Assembly (NCBI GenBank): GCA_964357525.1
Contig: CAYHLH010000003.1
Span: 1,298 to 55,862 of the forward strand
Source: an uncultured Candidatus Saccharibacteria bacterium
Lineage (GTDB): Bacteria; Patescibacteriota; Minisyncoccia; UBA6257; GWB1-50-10
Reading direction: 5' to 3'
DNA length: 54,565 nt
A program made the translations under genes and the position numbers. Positions 8,953 through 17,147 of this stretch are shown here, one piece after another. Within the stretch, counting starts at the first letter, position 1. Each line of letters starts with the position of its first letter. The notes under the pieces were generated by a model. That model saw only the letters and a list, made by a program, of their open reading frames with translations. It searched no databases and was not told where the DNA came from.

Positions 8953-9159
8953 TTACCCGAGGGACGGCCTGCGGCGGAAAAGTCTGTACGCCAGATAGAG
9001 CGCGACCGCGGCGAGGGTGATGTGCAGGAGGAACGGTCGCATGGTGTCGCTCGTGGAGGGAGAGAACCTGTCGAGACGGCGGAAATCCCACAGGGCATAC
9101 CCCGCGAATGCCGCGGCGAGGAGCTGTCCACGCCAGGTCGAGAAGAACGGCGTCTTCAT
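8953..9159 (-). CDS. Small two-TM membrane protein
   Basis: MKTPFFSTWRGQLLAAAFAGYALWDF...; ATGA overlap with the upstream stop. Confidence 0.6.
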   Translation of the reverse strand: MKTPFFSTWRGQLLAAAFAGYALWDFRRLDRFSPSTSDTMRPFLLHITLAAVALYLAYRLFRRRPSLG

Positions 9160-9593
9160 TTCACCCGCTCGAACTCCGTCGTCTCGCCCGTTTTGAGGTC
9201 CGTGAGGATAAGTTTTTTCTGCGTCAGCTCGCGGATGCGGATGTACGAGAGATCGTTCGTGGAAATGCCCGCGCCATACATAAGCACCAGGTCGGTCGCG
9301 CCTTCCTCTATGGGAACGCTGAAGGGTATACCCTGCGCGGGGAGAACGGCCGCCCACGTTCCGGTGGCGACGTACGGATTGCTCCCCATGCGCTCGTCCT
9401 TGAGGTCGCCGAAGGCGCCGAACTCGCGCGTGAACGCGATGTCCGAGGCGCTCCTCCAAACCCCCACGACGAGTATCTCCGGCGGCTTCTTGCTCCACCC
9501 GAGCGTGCCTATCTTGTCGCGCCATGCGTATCCGAGCGCGCCGAGGATGACGAGCACGACGGCGGAAAGGATGACGAGGTTCTTCTTTTCCAT
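9156..9593 (-). CDS. Membrane-anchored hypothetical protein (lipocalin-like)
   Basis: N-terminal TM; VGVW...GTW...I.EL....L.L pattern of lipocalin-like domains; TAAAAT just upstream. Confidence 0.6.
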   Translation of the reverse strand: MEKKNLVILSAVVLVILGALGYAWRDKIGTLGWSKKPPEILVVGVWRSASDIAFTREFGAFGDLKDERMGSNPYVATGTWAAVLPAQGIPFSVPIEEGATDLVLMYGAGISTNDLSYIRIRELTQKKLILTDLKTGETTEFERVK

Positions 9594-9613
9594 CGATACC
9601 ATTTTAGCAAAAA

Positions 9614-9877
9614 TCAGGCGGAAAAACCCGTGAAGCGCTTTTCCCCTCCCGGAAAGGACTCTATTTTCTCCACTTTTGCGCCCGCCGGCCCTTTCCCGCA
9701 CCACGCGAGGAATTCCTCGAGCGCCTTCTCCCCGCCCTCCGCTTCCATATATACGCTCCCGTCCGGGTCGTTGCGGGCGAAACCGGTAACGCCGAGTTCT
9801 TCGGCCTTTTCTTTTGCCGACGAGCGGAAGAACACCCCCTGCACCTCGCCGAAAATTGTTATGTTCCGATGCGCCAT
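9614..9877 (-). CDS. acyP: Acylphosphatase
   Basis: GEVQGVFFR...GVTGFARNDPDGSV..EAEG...GP..AKV. Confidence 0.95.
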   Translation of the reverse strand: MAHRNITIFGEVQGVFFRSSAKEKAEELGVTGFARNDPDGSVYMEAEGGEKALEEFLAWCGKGPAGAKVEKIESFPGGEKRFTGFSA

Positions 9878-9888
9878 TGTATTAATAC

Positions 9889-9924
9889 AACATTCCGACC
9901 CCGCCATGGCGGGGTCGGAATGTT
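9889..9924. repeat. Palindrome family A/B, copy 1 (centre type A)
   Basis: AACATTCCGACCCCGCCATGGCGGGGTCGGAATGTT. Confidence 0.9.
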
Positions 9925-9929
9925 ACGTT

Positions 9930-10226
9930 TTATTGTCCACCCATGCGCTCGGACTCCTTGATGAATTTTGCGAAAATCTTCCCGTACGGAGACAACGTGT
10001 GGGCTACCGTTCTGCCAAGATATTTTTTATTGAGGAGGCCGGCCTGAACCAGTCTTCTTGTGTGTTCGGACGTTGTCTTGATATTGCAGTTCAATTCTTC
10101 GGCTATCCCCTCCAAATCGATTCCTTCGCGCGCGGAAACCACCTTTATGATCTCAATGCGACGGTGATTCGCTACTCCCTTGAAGTGTCGTTCTAGTTGT
10201 TTCGCCGTTTTCAATTTCCGTTCCAT
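9930..10226 (-). CDS. ArsR-like winged-helix protein
   Basis: HFKGVANHRRIEII...LEGIAEELNCNIKTTSEHTRRLVQAGLL.KK..G. Confidence 0.85.
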   Translation of the reverse strand: MERKLKTAKQLERHFKGVANHRRIEIIKVVSAREGIDLEGIAEELNCNIKTTSEHTRRLVQAGLLNKKYLGRTVAHTLSPYGKIFAKFIKESERMGGQ

Positions 10227-10273
10227 TGATTGTTTTGTTCTTTATTCTACTTAACTCTCTCAACTCATTATAT

Positions 10274-10307
10274 AACATTCCAACATTCTTGAGAATATCG
10301 GAATGTT
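10274..10307. repeat. Palindrome family A/B, copy 2 (centre type B); abuts the -10 box of the HTH gene
   Basis: AACATTCCAACATTCTTGAGAATATCGGAATGTT; on the minus strand it is followed by ATATAAT. Confidence 0.9.
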
Positions 10308-10310
10308 GTG

Positions 10311-11087
10311 TTAAGTGAGGCCGCCGAGGGCGGAAATACCGAGCCGGACGCGCGCGAGGCACTCATCGAGCGCGAATGTGATATTGTGCTCCGTGAGGCG
10401 GATTACGAGCCAGCCGCGGCGGCGGAAAAACATGTCTTTTTCCCGGTCGTGTTTCTTGGCTACAGGCGATGTGTGCGCTTTCCGGTTGTCGCACTCGATG
10501 GCGATCTTCCCCTTATGACAGAAGATCGCGAAGTCAGTCCGATAACGTTTACCCCGACCGAAGCGTCGGGGCTTCCCTCCTCCCGTGACGAACTGCTGCG
10601 GCACGGCGGGAATGCCCGCCTCGCGGAACGCGCGCTTCACGATATCCTCCGTCGGCGGCACGTCGTAGAGCTCGAGTATGTTCCTGGCGATCAAGAGCCG
10701 GCCTATGGTGGTGAATCCGAACGACACCCTGCGCGGGGTCGTGTTCCGAATGGGGCGCGTGAGGAGACGCGGCGCGCTCACGGTAATCTTGAGATACGGC
10801 TCCCCCGCACGCGGGTGATCTCGCTCGTCGAGAAGCAACTTCTTCCGCGGCATGGTTTCGCGTTTGAGCACGCGGGCGTAGTAGCGGATGCGCTTGCCTT
10901 CAGCGCCGAAGAATGCCGGTTGGTAGAAGGCAAGATAGCCGAACGGCTTCACGGGCGCGTGGGAAACGGGCATCCTGTACCACCGTTCCGAAAGGAGAAT
11001 GTCGAGGTCCCGCTTGCGCTTTAGTACCCCGACGAGCACCGTTTTGTCCGCGGGAACCGAAAAACGGACGGACCTCCTGCGAAACAT
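10311..11087 (-). CDS. DUF559 (Vsr-like) endonuclease-domain protein with an extra N-terminal domain
   Basis: C-terminal YRTDFAI...IAIECD...H....KHDREKD.F....GWLVIRL; N-terminal VLVGV...WYRMP...YLAFYQP; TATACT 6 nt before the ATG. Confidence 0.8.
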   Translation of the reverse strand: MFRRRSVRFSVPADKTVLVGVLKRKRDLDILLSERWYRMPVSHAPVKPFGYLAFYQPAFFGAEGKRIRYYARVLKRETMPRKKLLLDERDHPRAGEPYLKITVSAPRLLTRPIRNTTPRRVSFGFTTIGRLLIARNILELYDVPPTEDIVKRAFREAGIPAVPQQFVTGGGKPRRFGRGKRYRTDFAIFCHKGKIAIECDNRKAHTSPVAKKHDREKDMFFRRRGWLVIRLTEHNITFALDECLARVRLGISALGGLT

Positions 11088-11115
11088 GCGTTCAGTATAC
11101 TCCTCCGCCAAAAAC

Positions 11116-11151
11116 AACATTCCAACCCCGCCATGGCGGGGTTGGAATGTT
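11116..11151. repeat. Palindrome family A/B, copy 3 (type A)
   Basis: AACATTCCAACCCCGCCATGGCGGGGTTGGAATGTT. Confidence 0.9.
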
Positions 11152-11177
11152 GTCTTGGTGAAAACCGCCGAGGAGAA

Positions 11178-12488
11178 TTACGGCAACACCGCGGTGTGCC
11201 TGATCGGCCGGCGGACGGCCGACGGATGAACGCCCGCTTTCAAAGAGGTCATTATCCCTACGGCTTCCAGATAATTGTCAACGATAAAGAGCTTGTTTTT
11301 CTGAAATGGAAAGCCAGTAAAGTCATTCTCCATATTATTCTTATTTTCCCTGACGGCGATGACGGGTATCCCGTTCTCGAGGCACGCGAGCGTGGGGACG
11401 CCGACGCACCCATCGGGAATGATGAGGCACGATATATCCTCCAACGTCATCCCCTTGTCCGGAGCGACTATCCGAGGGGTCTTGTGCAATCCCTTCAAAA
11501 TGCAGTGCAGATAGGTGACGGATGCCGATTCCGGCGCCTTCCGCGGATCGACGATGCCGAGCTCTATGTTCATTATCCCGGTCGAGGGCATCATCGGCGA
11601 ATGGGCGCAGGGAATACCGAACAGTTCGGCGATGCTGTGCGTGATCATCGCCTCCATCCCGCCCCACGGATTCACCATCTCGTCGTCATGAAAATACTTT
11701 TTGTGAACATGCTCGGGCACCTTGAGAAACGTCGAAAGGGCAATGGCGTCGTACTTGTCCTTATACTTCTCTATTACGGTAAAGAGTTTTTCCATCGATT
11801 GTATCTCACCGACCGCTCTCCCGGATTTTGAATAGCGGGATGTACTGGCGATCAAATCCTCCATTTCATGCACGTCGCAGTCTATTCCCAAAGTGATCCG
11901 CGCCGATGACACCGCATTGATTATTTCATCGTTGAACAATTTTTCCGGATGCCTATCCATCAGCATCAGTATCCGGTTCGACCTCGCGGGTTGGAGACCC
12001 ACCCTCCCCGTAAAAAGGCGCGTGAGAATGCTCCCCTCCACGTACAGCGTATTTTCCGTCATCTCGTTTATGTCCGAGGCGTTCACGACATTCGGATGGG
12101 TGATGAGCGTATCGCACGCGGACGCGATCAATCTCGCGGTTGCGTTCCCATCGCCGCAATGCCCGCCGATCTCGGCGCCGACTCCGGTCGGTATGAGGAG
12201 CACAGCGGTGAATTTTTCCGTATTCTCGAAAGACCTCTTCCGTAGATCGAGAATATCGCTCCCGGATTCCAAAAGCCTCCCGAATTCCTCCTTTCCTTCC
12301 GAAACAATGAGATCGAATTCGCAATGGTATCCCTCACCGTCCGTCTTGGTGATAACGAATCTGAGCGCCCTGTGCGGGGACGGAAATTCCGAAAGAAGGC
12401 GTTCTTTGTAATAACGCCGGAAACCCGAGAGATCCGCCGAATCAAGGTCTTTCTTGGGTACGAAAACCTCCTTGGTGAAAACTCTCAC
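11178..12488 (-). CDS. DUF3326 family protein
   Basis: LIPTGVGAEIGGHCGDG, LITHPNVVNA, LYVEG, PWGGMEA.ITH, PCAHSP, VDPRKAPE; GTG start overlaps the upstream TGA. Confidence 0.8.
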   Translation of the reverse strand: MRVFTKEVFVPKKDLDSADLSGFRRYYKERLLSEFPSPHRALRFVITKTDGEGYHCEFDLIVSEGKEEFGRLLESGSDILDLRKRSFENTEKFTAVLLIPTGVGAEIGGHCGDGNATARLIASACDTLITHPNVVNASDINEMTENTLYVEGSILTRLFTGRVGLQPARSNRILMLMDRHPEKLFNDEIINAVSSARITLGIDCDVHEMEDLIASTSRYSKSGRAVGEIQSMEKLFTVIEKYKDKYDAIALSTFLKVPEHVHKKYFHDDEMVNPWGGMEAMITHSIAELFGIPCAHSPMMPSTGIMNIELGIVDPRKAPESASVTYLHCILKGLHKTPRIVAPDKGMTLEDISCLIIPDGCVGVPTLACLENGIPVIAVRENKNNMENDFTGFPFQKNKLFIVDNYLEAVGIMTSLKAGVHPSAVRRPIRHTAVLP

Positions 12489-12865
12489 TTTCGTTCGATG
12501 ACCTTCACGCTGACCGCCCTGCCACGGAAGAATTTCTTCGAGAATTCCATCGCCTTGCGGGCGTCGAAATCCTTGCAGAAAAAGATGTTCAAATAAACCC
12601 TTTTCAGTATGTCCAGAGTATGAATGGTAATGTTGCTGGTCATGATGAACTGCACCGCGGAAGTGCCTTTCAAATGCGGTTCCGTCTGGCGGTCCTTTGC
12701 CGGCAGGCCGTAATCGTCCCACCAAAAAAGCTCGCATCTGGTCATGTCTATCAGATCGCACAGCTCGATGAAGTACTTTTTGATGGTTTTTCTGTTGAAT
12801 TTCTTCGGATCGCATCCGTGCAGGTCCAATATAAGTTCTTTCCCGTAGCCCTTCAATTTTTTCAT
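12485..12865 (-). CDS. S-adenosylmethionine decarboxylase proenzyme-like protein (SpeD/SpeH class)
   Basis: GKELILDLHGCD, G.SAVQFIMTSNITIHT (TS at the usual E-S autocleavage site), FxCKDFD. Confidence 0.8.
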   Translation of the reverse strand: MKKLKGYGKELILDLHGCDPKKFNRKTIKKYFIELCDLIDMTRCELFWWDDYGLPAKDRQTEPHLKGTSAVQFIMTSNITIHTLDILKRVYLNIFFCKDFDARKAMEFSKKFFRGRAVSVKVIERK

Positions 12866-12988
12866 GCTTTCATTTTAGCAAACGGGTGTGACGAAAAACG
12901 GTGGATAAAATCTCCAACAACTTTCAACTTTCGTCTTTTAACTAAGTTCTTTCAACTTTTTTCCCCGCCGAGTGGCAGTTAATATCAT

Positions 12989-13022
12989 AACATTCCGACA
13001 TTCTTGAGAATGTCGGAATGTT
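12989..13022. repeat. Palindrome family A/B, copy 4 (type B)
   Basis: AACATTCCGACATTCTTGAGAATGTCGGAATGTT. Confidence 0.9.
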
Positions 13023-13048
13023 GTCTTGGGGAAAACCGCGGGGGTGGA

Positions 13049-13462
13049 TTACTGCCGAGGTCCTCCTTCGGCGCGGTGTTTTCTCCTTTCTGCCTCGGCT
13101 CGGCGCACGCGGGATTCGTCCATCCCAAAGTGGTGGGCGATTTCATGCCAGACAGTATTTTTTACTATCTCTTTGACATCCTCTCCATCGCGCGTCTCTT
13201 CCCTTATCGGCTTTTGAAAGATGGTTATCTTATCAGGCAGTACCCAGGTGTAATTTACCCCCCTCGCCGCCTGCGGCACCCCTTCGTACAGGCCAAACAG
13301 CACCCAGCCCCGATGGATGTTCAGTTTCTTTTTCTGGGCCGGCGTCGGCTCGTCTTCAATGACGATCGCCACATTCTCCAATTTCCGCAGGAACTTTTCC
13401 GGAATTGCCTTTATTCCCTCCACTACCATTTTCTCGAATTCATCCCGCTCCTGTTTTCGCAT
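13049..13462 (-). CDS. Zincin-like metallopeptidase (Zincin_1/DUF1025)
   Basis: LFGLYEGVP, PDKITIFQKPI, TVWHEIAHHFG. Confidence 0.9.
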   Translation of the reverse strand: MRKQERDEFEKMVVEGIKAIPEKFLRKLENVAIVIEDEPTPAQKKKLNIHRGWVLFGLYEGVPQAARGVNYTWVLPDKITIFQKPIREETRDGEDVKEIVKNTVWHEIAHHFGMDESRVRRAEAERRKHRAEGGPRQ

Positions 13463-13491
13463 GAATTCATTTTACCGGGCGAGGAGAAAAT

Positions 13492-13519
13492 AAAAAAGTC
13501 CCGCGTTACGCGGGGCTTT
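13492..13519 (-). terminator. Intrinsic terminator of the P-loop kinase gene
   Basis: AAAAAAGTCCCGCG-TTA-CGCGGGGCTTT. Confidence 0.6.
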
Positions 13520-14057
13520 CAAATTTTGCCAACTCAAGGAAATCGGCATGCTGTTTGTTCGTAACATCAATTCTGTATATTGCGTCAAATCCGACCTCGC
13601 CGATATCTTTCGCATATTTGTAATAATTGTCGTAATCTTTTTTAAACATATTCTTGGCTTCATTGCCCTCACGTCCGTTATACTTGCCGTTGCACCATCT
13701 CCAGCATTTTTCAAATGGGGTGAAAAACTGCAGGCAAGCAACCTCTTCCACTCCAAGCTGTTTGAGTTCTCCCATGATTATCCTGCGCTCGTGCAAGTCT
13801 CCGTTCCAGCTATCAAGAATGATGATGTCGTTTTCGCCCGAAAGCGCTTCCCCCATTCTCTCAAACATCTTTTCAATTGCGTAATAATGCCCTCCGGCAT
13901 AAGCCGTTTCGGAGTCGATCATCGCCGAACCGAAAAGCTCAACGAGAATCTTATCTCTGCTGATAAGCGGTATTTCCGGATGAAGTTTTACGAATCTTTC
14001 ACAATACGCCGATTTTCCGGAACCGCGGGGTCCTGATGTCAAATAAACCGTCTTCAC
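13506..14057 (-). CDS. P-loop kinase (AAA_33 / polynucleotide-kinase-like)
   Basis: GPRGSGKS Walker A, ISRD, IILDSWN...R; SD AAAGGAG. Confidence 0.8.
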   Translation of the reverse strand: MKTVYLTSGPRGSGKSAYCERFVKLHPEIPLISRDKILVELFGSAMIDSETAYAGGHYYAIEKMFERMGEALSGENDIIILDSWNGDLHERRIIMGELKQLGVEEVACLQFFTPFEKCWRWCNGKYNGREGNEAKNMFKKDYDNYYKYAKDIGEVGFDAIYRIDVTNKQHADFLELAKFESPA

Positions 14058-14195
14058 TGTAATCTCCTTTCAAAAGTTTAAAAATTCTATCGGGAACGAT
14101 ACTCTAAACCACGCGCGGAAGCAAACAGAAACCCGTCTCGCCCAGTAGAATTCCTCGGAAATTCTGCGGGGCATTCCGGCGGATACTCACAAAAC

Positions 14196-14231
14196 AACAT
14201 TCCAACCCCGCCAAGGCGGGGTTGGAATGTT
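14196..14231. repeat. Palindrome family A/B, copy 5 (type A)
   Basis: AACATTCCAACCCCGCCAAGGCGGGGTTGGAATGTT. Confidence 0.9.
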
Positions 14232-14236
14232 GTTGG

Positions 14237-14554
14237 CTATTTCTTTTCCTTCCTCACATCCTCCATCTTTTTGAGATCGAGGAGTTCCGTCCAGAGCATG
14301 GTGGCACTCGCCGTGGGCTCGCCGTTCCTTATGCCCGCGAGATTCACCCCGTCATCGTCGGTCTCGAGTATGACGAGGTCGGGAATGGTCTGAATTTTGC
14401 CCTTGAATTTCCGGGTCGCCTCCACGGCGATCTCTTCCAGGGATTTCTCGGCGTGGTTGTCGTACTGGTCGATCGCCCACTCGATGACGGGCCTCAGGCG
14501 CTCTTTCTTCGCTTCTATCGTCTCCTCGGGCTTGTTCGGCGTTTCGAAGTTCAT
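14237..14554 (-). CDS. Hypothetical acidic protein
   Basis: 105-aa ORF; TAGAAT 6 nt before the ATG; bracketed by direct repeats. Confidence 0.7.
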   Translation of the reverse strand: MNFETPNKPEETIEAKKERLRPVIEWAIDQYDNHAEKSLEEIAVEATRKFKGKIQTIPDLVILETDDDGVNLAGIRNGEPTASATMLWTELLDLKKMEDVRKEKK

Positions 14555-14600
14555 ATCCTCATTCTACCAAAACCCGCCTTCCGGCGGATACTCACAAAAT

Positions 14601-14634
14601 AACATTCCAACATTCTTGAAAATGTTGGAATGTT
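14601..14634. repeat. Palindrome family A/B, copy 6 (type B)
   Basis: AACATTCCAACATTCTTGAAAATGTTGGAATGTT. Confidence 0.9.
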
Positions 14635-14735
14635 GTATACGACGAAAATTTTTTCGGGGCCTCGCCGGAAAACCGGTACGCGATAAAGGTTTTCATAATT
14701 CTTTTATCTCACTTCTTTTGTCTTTTTACTTATTT

Positions 14736-15332
14736 CTAGGGCTGGAAAAGTTCCTCGGGCAGGAAACGGACCTCTTTGACCTCCTGAAGCTGTTTTGCCG
14801 TGGCCTCTATCTGGAACCAGAGAATGCCGACCCTGCAGGAACCGCCGACGGTTCTGTTCCCAAAATCGTTGAATTCAAGAGTCAAAACGCCGTCCTTGAG
14901 CACCGCACCTTTGAGGGAAAATCCTTCCAGCGGGTACTCGGTGGTAAGCCCCTGCGCAAGCTCTTCTTGTGTCAGGTTTTCCTTCCCTTTCAATAAAAGC
15001 GTGATGATGTCCTGAACCGGCGTGTTTGTGAGTGGAATTTCCCTCTCAACCGCAACCAATCCGTCTCTCGAGCATTTGATATTCCCCGTCTCGTCCTTGT
15101 CCTTCTCCGGACTGTAGTAAAAAAGCTTTATTGCCCTTGTCCTTGCTTCTTCGGAGGGGCACGGCGCGAATTCGCAGTTCGGCCCGGTTCTTCCAACGGC
15201 GGAGCCGTCCGGGCAGATTTTCGCTTCTTCAGTGCAAGCGATTGGTTTCGGAACCGAAAATTTAACCCACGCGCCGACTCCGGCAAATACCGCAATGACT
15301 ATAACGATACCGATTAGGATGTTTTTATTCAT
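14736..15332 (-). CDS. Membrane-anchored GerMN-domain protein with a Cys-rich motif
   Basis: TM anchor; CTEEAKICPDGSAVGRTGPNCEFAPCP; GGSCRV....QIEATAKQ...VKEV. Confidence 0.8.
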   Translation of the reverse strand: MNKNILIGIVIVIAVFAGVGAWVKFSVPKPIACTEEAKICPDGSAVGRTGPNCEFAPCPSEEARTRAIKLFYYSPEKDKDETGNIKCSRDGLVAVEREIPLTNTPVQDIITLLLKGKENLTQEELAQGLTTEYPLEGFSLKGAVLKDGVLTLEFNDFGNRTVGGSCRVGILWFQIEATAKQLQEVKEVRFLPEELFQP

Positions 15333-15373
15333 ATTTAAATATTACTCCTTTCCGCTGAAAACTTTTTCGGAGA

Positions 15374-15589
15374 TTAAATGCTCAAAACGGTCGGGTAGAA
15401 AAGGAATTCGCGGTAATACGGGAACGCGAAGGAAAGAAAATAAAGAATGACTAACGTAAATGGAATGGATATAACCGCCAAAATAATCGTTGAGATTATT
15501 TGTCCTTTGTTTTTTGTCATTTGTTTTCTGTCTTTTGCCGGCTCCGGGTCCTTTTCCGGAATAGCGGGGAAAAAGCTTTTTTCTGGCAT
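15374..15589 (-). CDS. Small membrane protein
   Basis: Hydrophobic C-terminal helix; follows the nuclease gene. Confidence 0.4.
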   Translation of the reverse strand: MPEKSFFPAIPEKDPEPAKDRKQMTKNKGQIISTIILAVISIPFTLVILYFLSFAFPYYREFLFYPTVLSI

Positions 15590-15593
15590 GGGG

Positions 15594-16064
15594 TTACTTC
15601 GGCTCGAATTCATTTAATAATTTCAAATATTCTGGCTGACGGTTCTTTGCTACCCAATTTTCGGACAAATCGTTTATACGATTCTCGTCAATAATTGCCT
15701 TGCACAACCCACAATAAAAACCTTTTGGCGTGGCTACAAAAAGCCATGGGTATTCCCATCGATCTAGTAATTTCTTTGCATGTTCTTTTAGGCTTTCTAA
15801 ATCAAATTTGCTTTGATATTTAACCTCAACAAGATAAACTTTTGTTCTGTCTTTTGAAATAAGACAGAAATCAGGTGCATCCGCTATGTTATCAATAATG
15901 CTCGGAATTTCGGCTACATCTCTGTACTGTGCAAGCGTAGGCATTGTGTGCTCGTAACCAAATGGAATAACTGTATATTTATCTTTTTCACGAATCATCT
16001 GTTCAAACACAACCTCGGCAATTCTGCCCTTAATAAGCAATCGTGAAAATTCAATTTTGTTCAC
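15594..16064 (-). CDS. PD-(D/E)XK nuclease-fold protein
   Basis: KGRIAE...PDFCL...YLVEVKY motif spacing. Confidence 0.7.
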   Translation of the reverse strand: MNKIEFSRLLIKGRIAEVVFEQMIREKDKYTVIPFGYEHTMPTLAQYRDVAEIPSIIDNIADAPDFCLISKDRTKVYLVEVKYQSKFDLESLKEHAKKLLDRWEYPWLFVATPKGFYCGLCKAIIDENRINDLSENWVAKNRQPEYLKLLNEFEPK

Positions 16065-16068
16065 AATT

Positions 16069-16734
16069 TTATTTTTTCCTTTTAGAAAATCTTAGTTGAA
16101 TTGCATATATTTTTTTATAGGTATCATGCATACTTTTTCCAATTAACTCTTTAAGAAACTCAAAATCTTGAGAGTCATCAATTGCTACAAGAGCACTCAA
16201 ATACTTTTCTTTACTCACTCCTTCATAATGAATATTACTAGGTTGCAAATCAAATCTACAAAGGACCACATTAGTCATTATTCGGGCCATCCTCCCATTT
16301 CCATCACAAAAAGGATGTATTACGGTTATTTGATGTTGTATCCACGCGGCTAAAAAAAGTATTTCATTAAACCATCTCTCTTGTTGTTTCCTATTAAAAG
16401 ATTTTGGATGCTTAGGAATATTAGAAAATCTTCTATCAAAATCAAACCAAAAGTCATACATCCTGCCTTTTACCAATCTACCTGGAGGAGGTTCAATATG
16501 ATTAAGTTTTTTTATATCTTCGCCTTCTTTTCTAAACCTCCCAGCAATCTCGTGGTTCGCATCTTCAAAAAAAATTTTATGAATACCTAAAATAGCATCA
16601 AGAGAAATTTTTTGATGTGGATCTTCTGCAATTCCCCGAGCGTGAGCTTGAGCTTTCCACAAACCACGCACTTCTAAATCTTCGAGGTTTTCTTTGTTCT
16701 TTGGGCGTCGAAATTTACGCGCCATCATAGCCAA
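16069..16734 (-). CDS. Fic family protein (canonical AMPylase motif)
   Basis: HPFCDGNGRMAR matches HPFxDGNGRxxR. Confidence 0.93.
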   Translation of the reverse strand: MAMMARKFRRPKNKENLEDLEVRGLWKAQAHARGIAEDPHQKISLDAILGIHKIFFEDANHEIAGRFRKEGEDIKKLNHIEPPPGRLVKGRMYDFWFDFDRRFSNIPKHPKSFNRKQQERWFNEILFLAAWIQHQITVIHPFCDGNGRMARIMTNVVLCRFDLQPSNIHYEGVSKEKYLSALVAIDDSQDFEFLKELIGKSMHDTYKKIYAIQLRFSKRKK

Positions 16735-16936
16735 AAATGGCCCTTTCTATCTTCTTTTCAGTTAAACGGGTTCCTTCTAGCCTGCTAGAGTTATAAAGCT
16801 GTTCGATAGCTAAATTGTTCTCAATTTTTGCTTTTTCTATATCTGGTAATTTAGACATTTTTTTAACCTTTGAGTGTATTTCAACCAAGCCCGAAACAAC
16901 TGATGAGATGCCATTCTTTATTTTATTATTCTTCAT
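16715..16936 (-). CDS. Putative Fic antitoxin (separate inhibitory-helix protein)
   Basis: YNSSRLEG matches the (S/T)xxxE(G/N) inhibitory motif; overlaps the fic start; TTGACG-N17-TATTAT promoter upstream. Confidence 0.75.
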   Translation of the reverse strand: MKNNKIKNGISSVVSGLVEIHSKVKKMSKLPDIEKAKIENNLAIEQLYNSSRLEGTRLTEKKIERAIFGYDGA

Positions 16937-17147
16937 AGGGTGTATAATAATACAAAAACACGTCCGCGTCAACACTCTTCCTCAAAACTAGCGGAAACTA
17001 TATATATTAGAATTATAGCATATTAAGACTCAAAATATGTGCTCCCTATATAAATACGTAATAAGGGTGCAATTTATTACAAAAGTAATGGAAACCACAT
17101 TACCACCCCCACCTTCAAGGGGTTTTGGTTTCCTTTAAAAAGTTGTT

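Noticed and set aside
12489-12815. 545-aa version of the DUF3326 protein
   Set aside because: The extension overlaps the AdoMetDC-like gene in another frame. The GTG at 12488 overlapping its stop is the better start.
9889-14634. Classical integron or CRISPR
   Set aside because: No IntI integrase, no RYYYAAC...GTTRRRY attC ends with extrahelical bases, and the spacers are whole genes of variable length.
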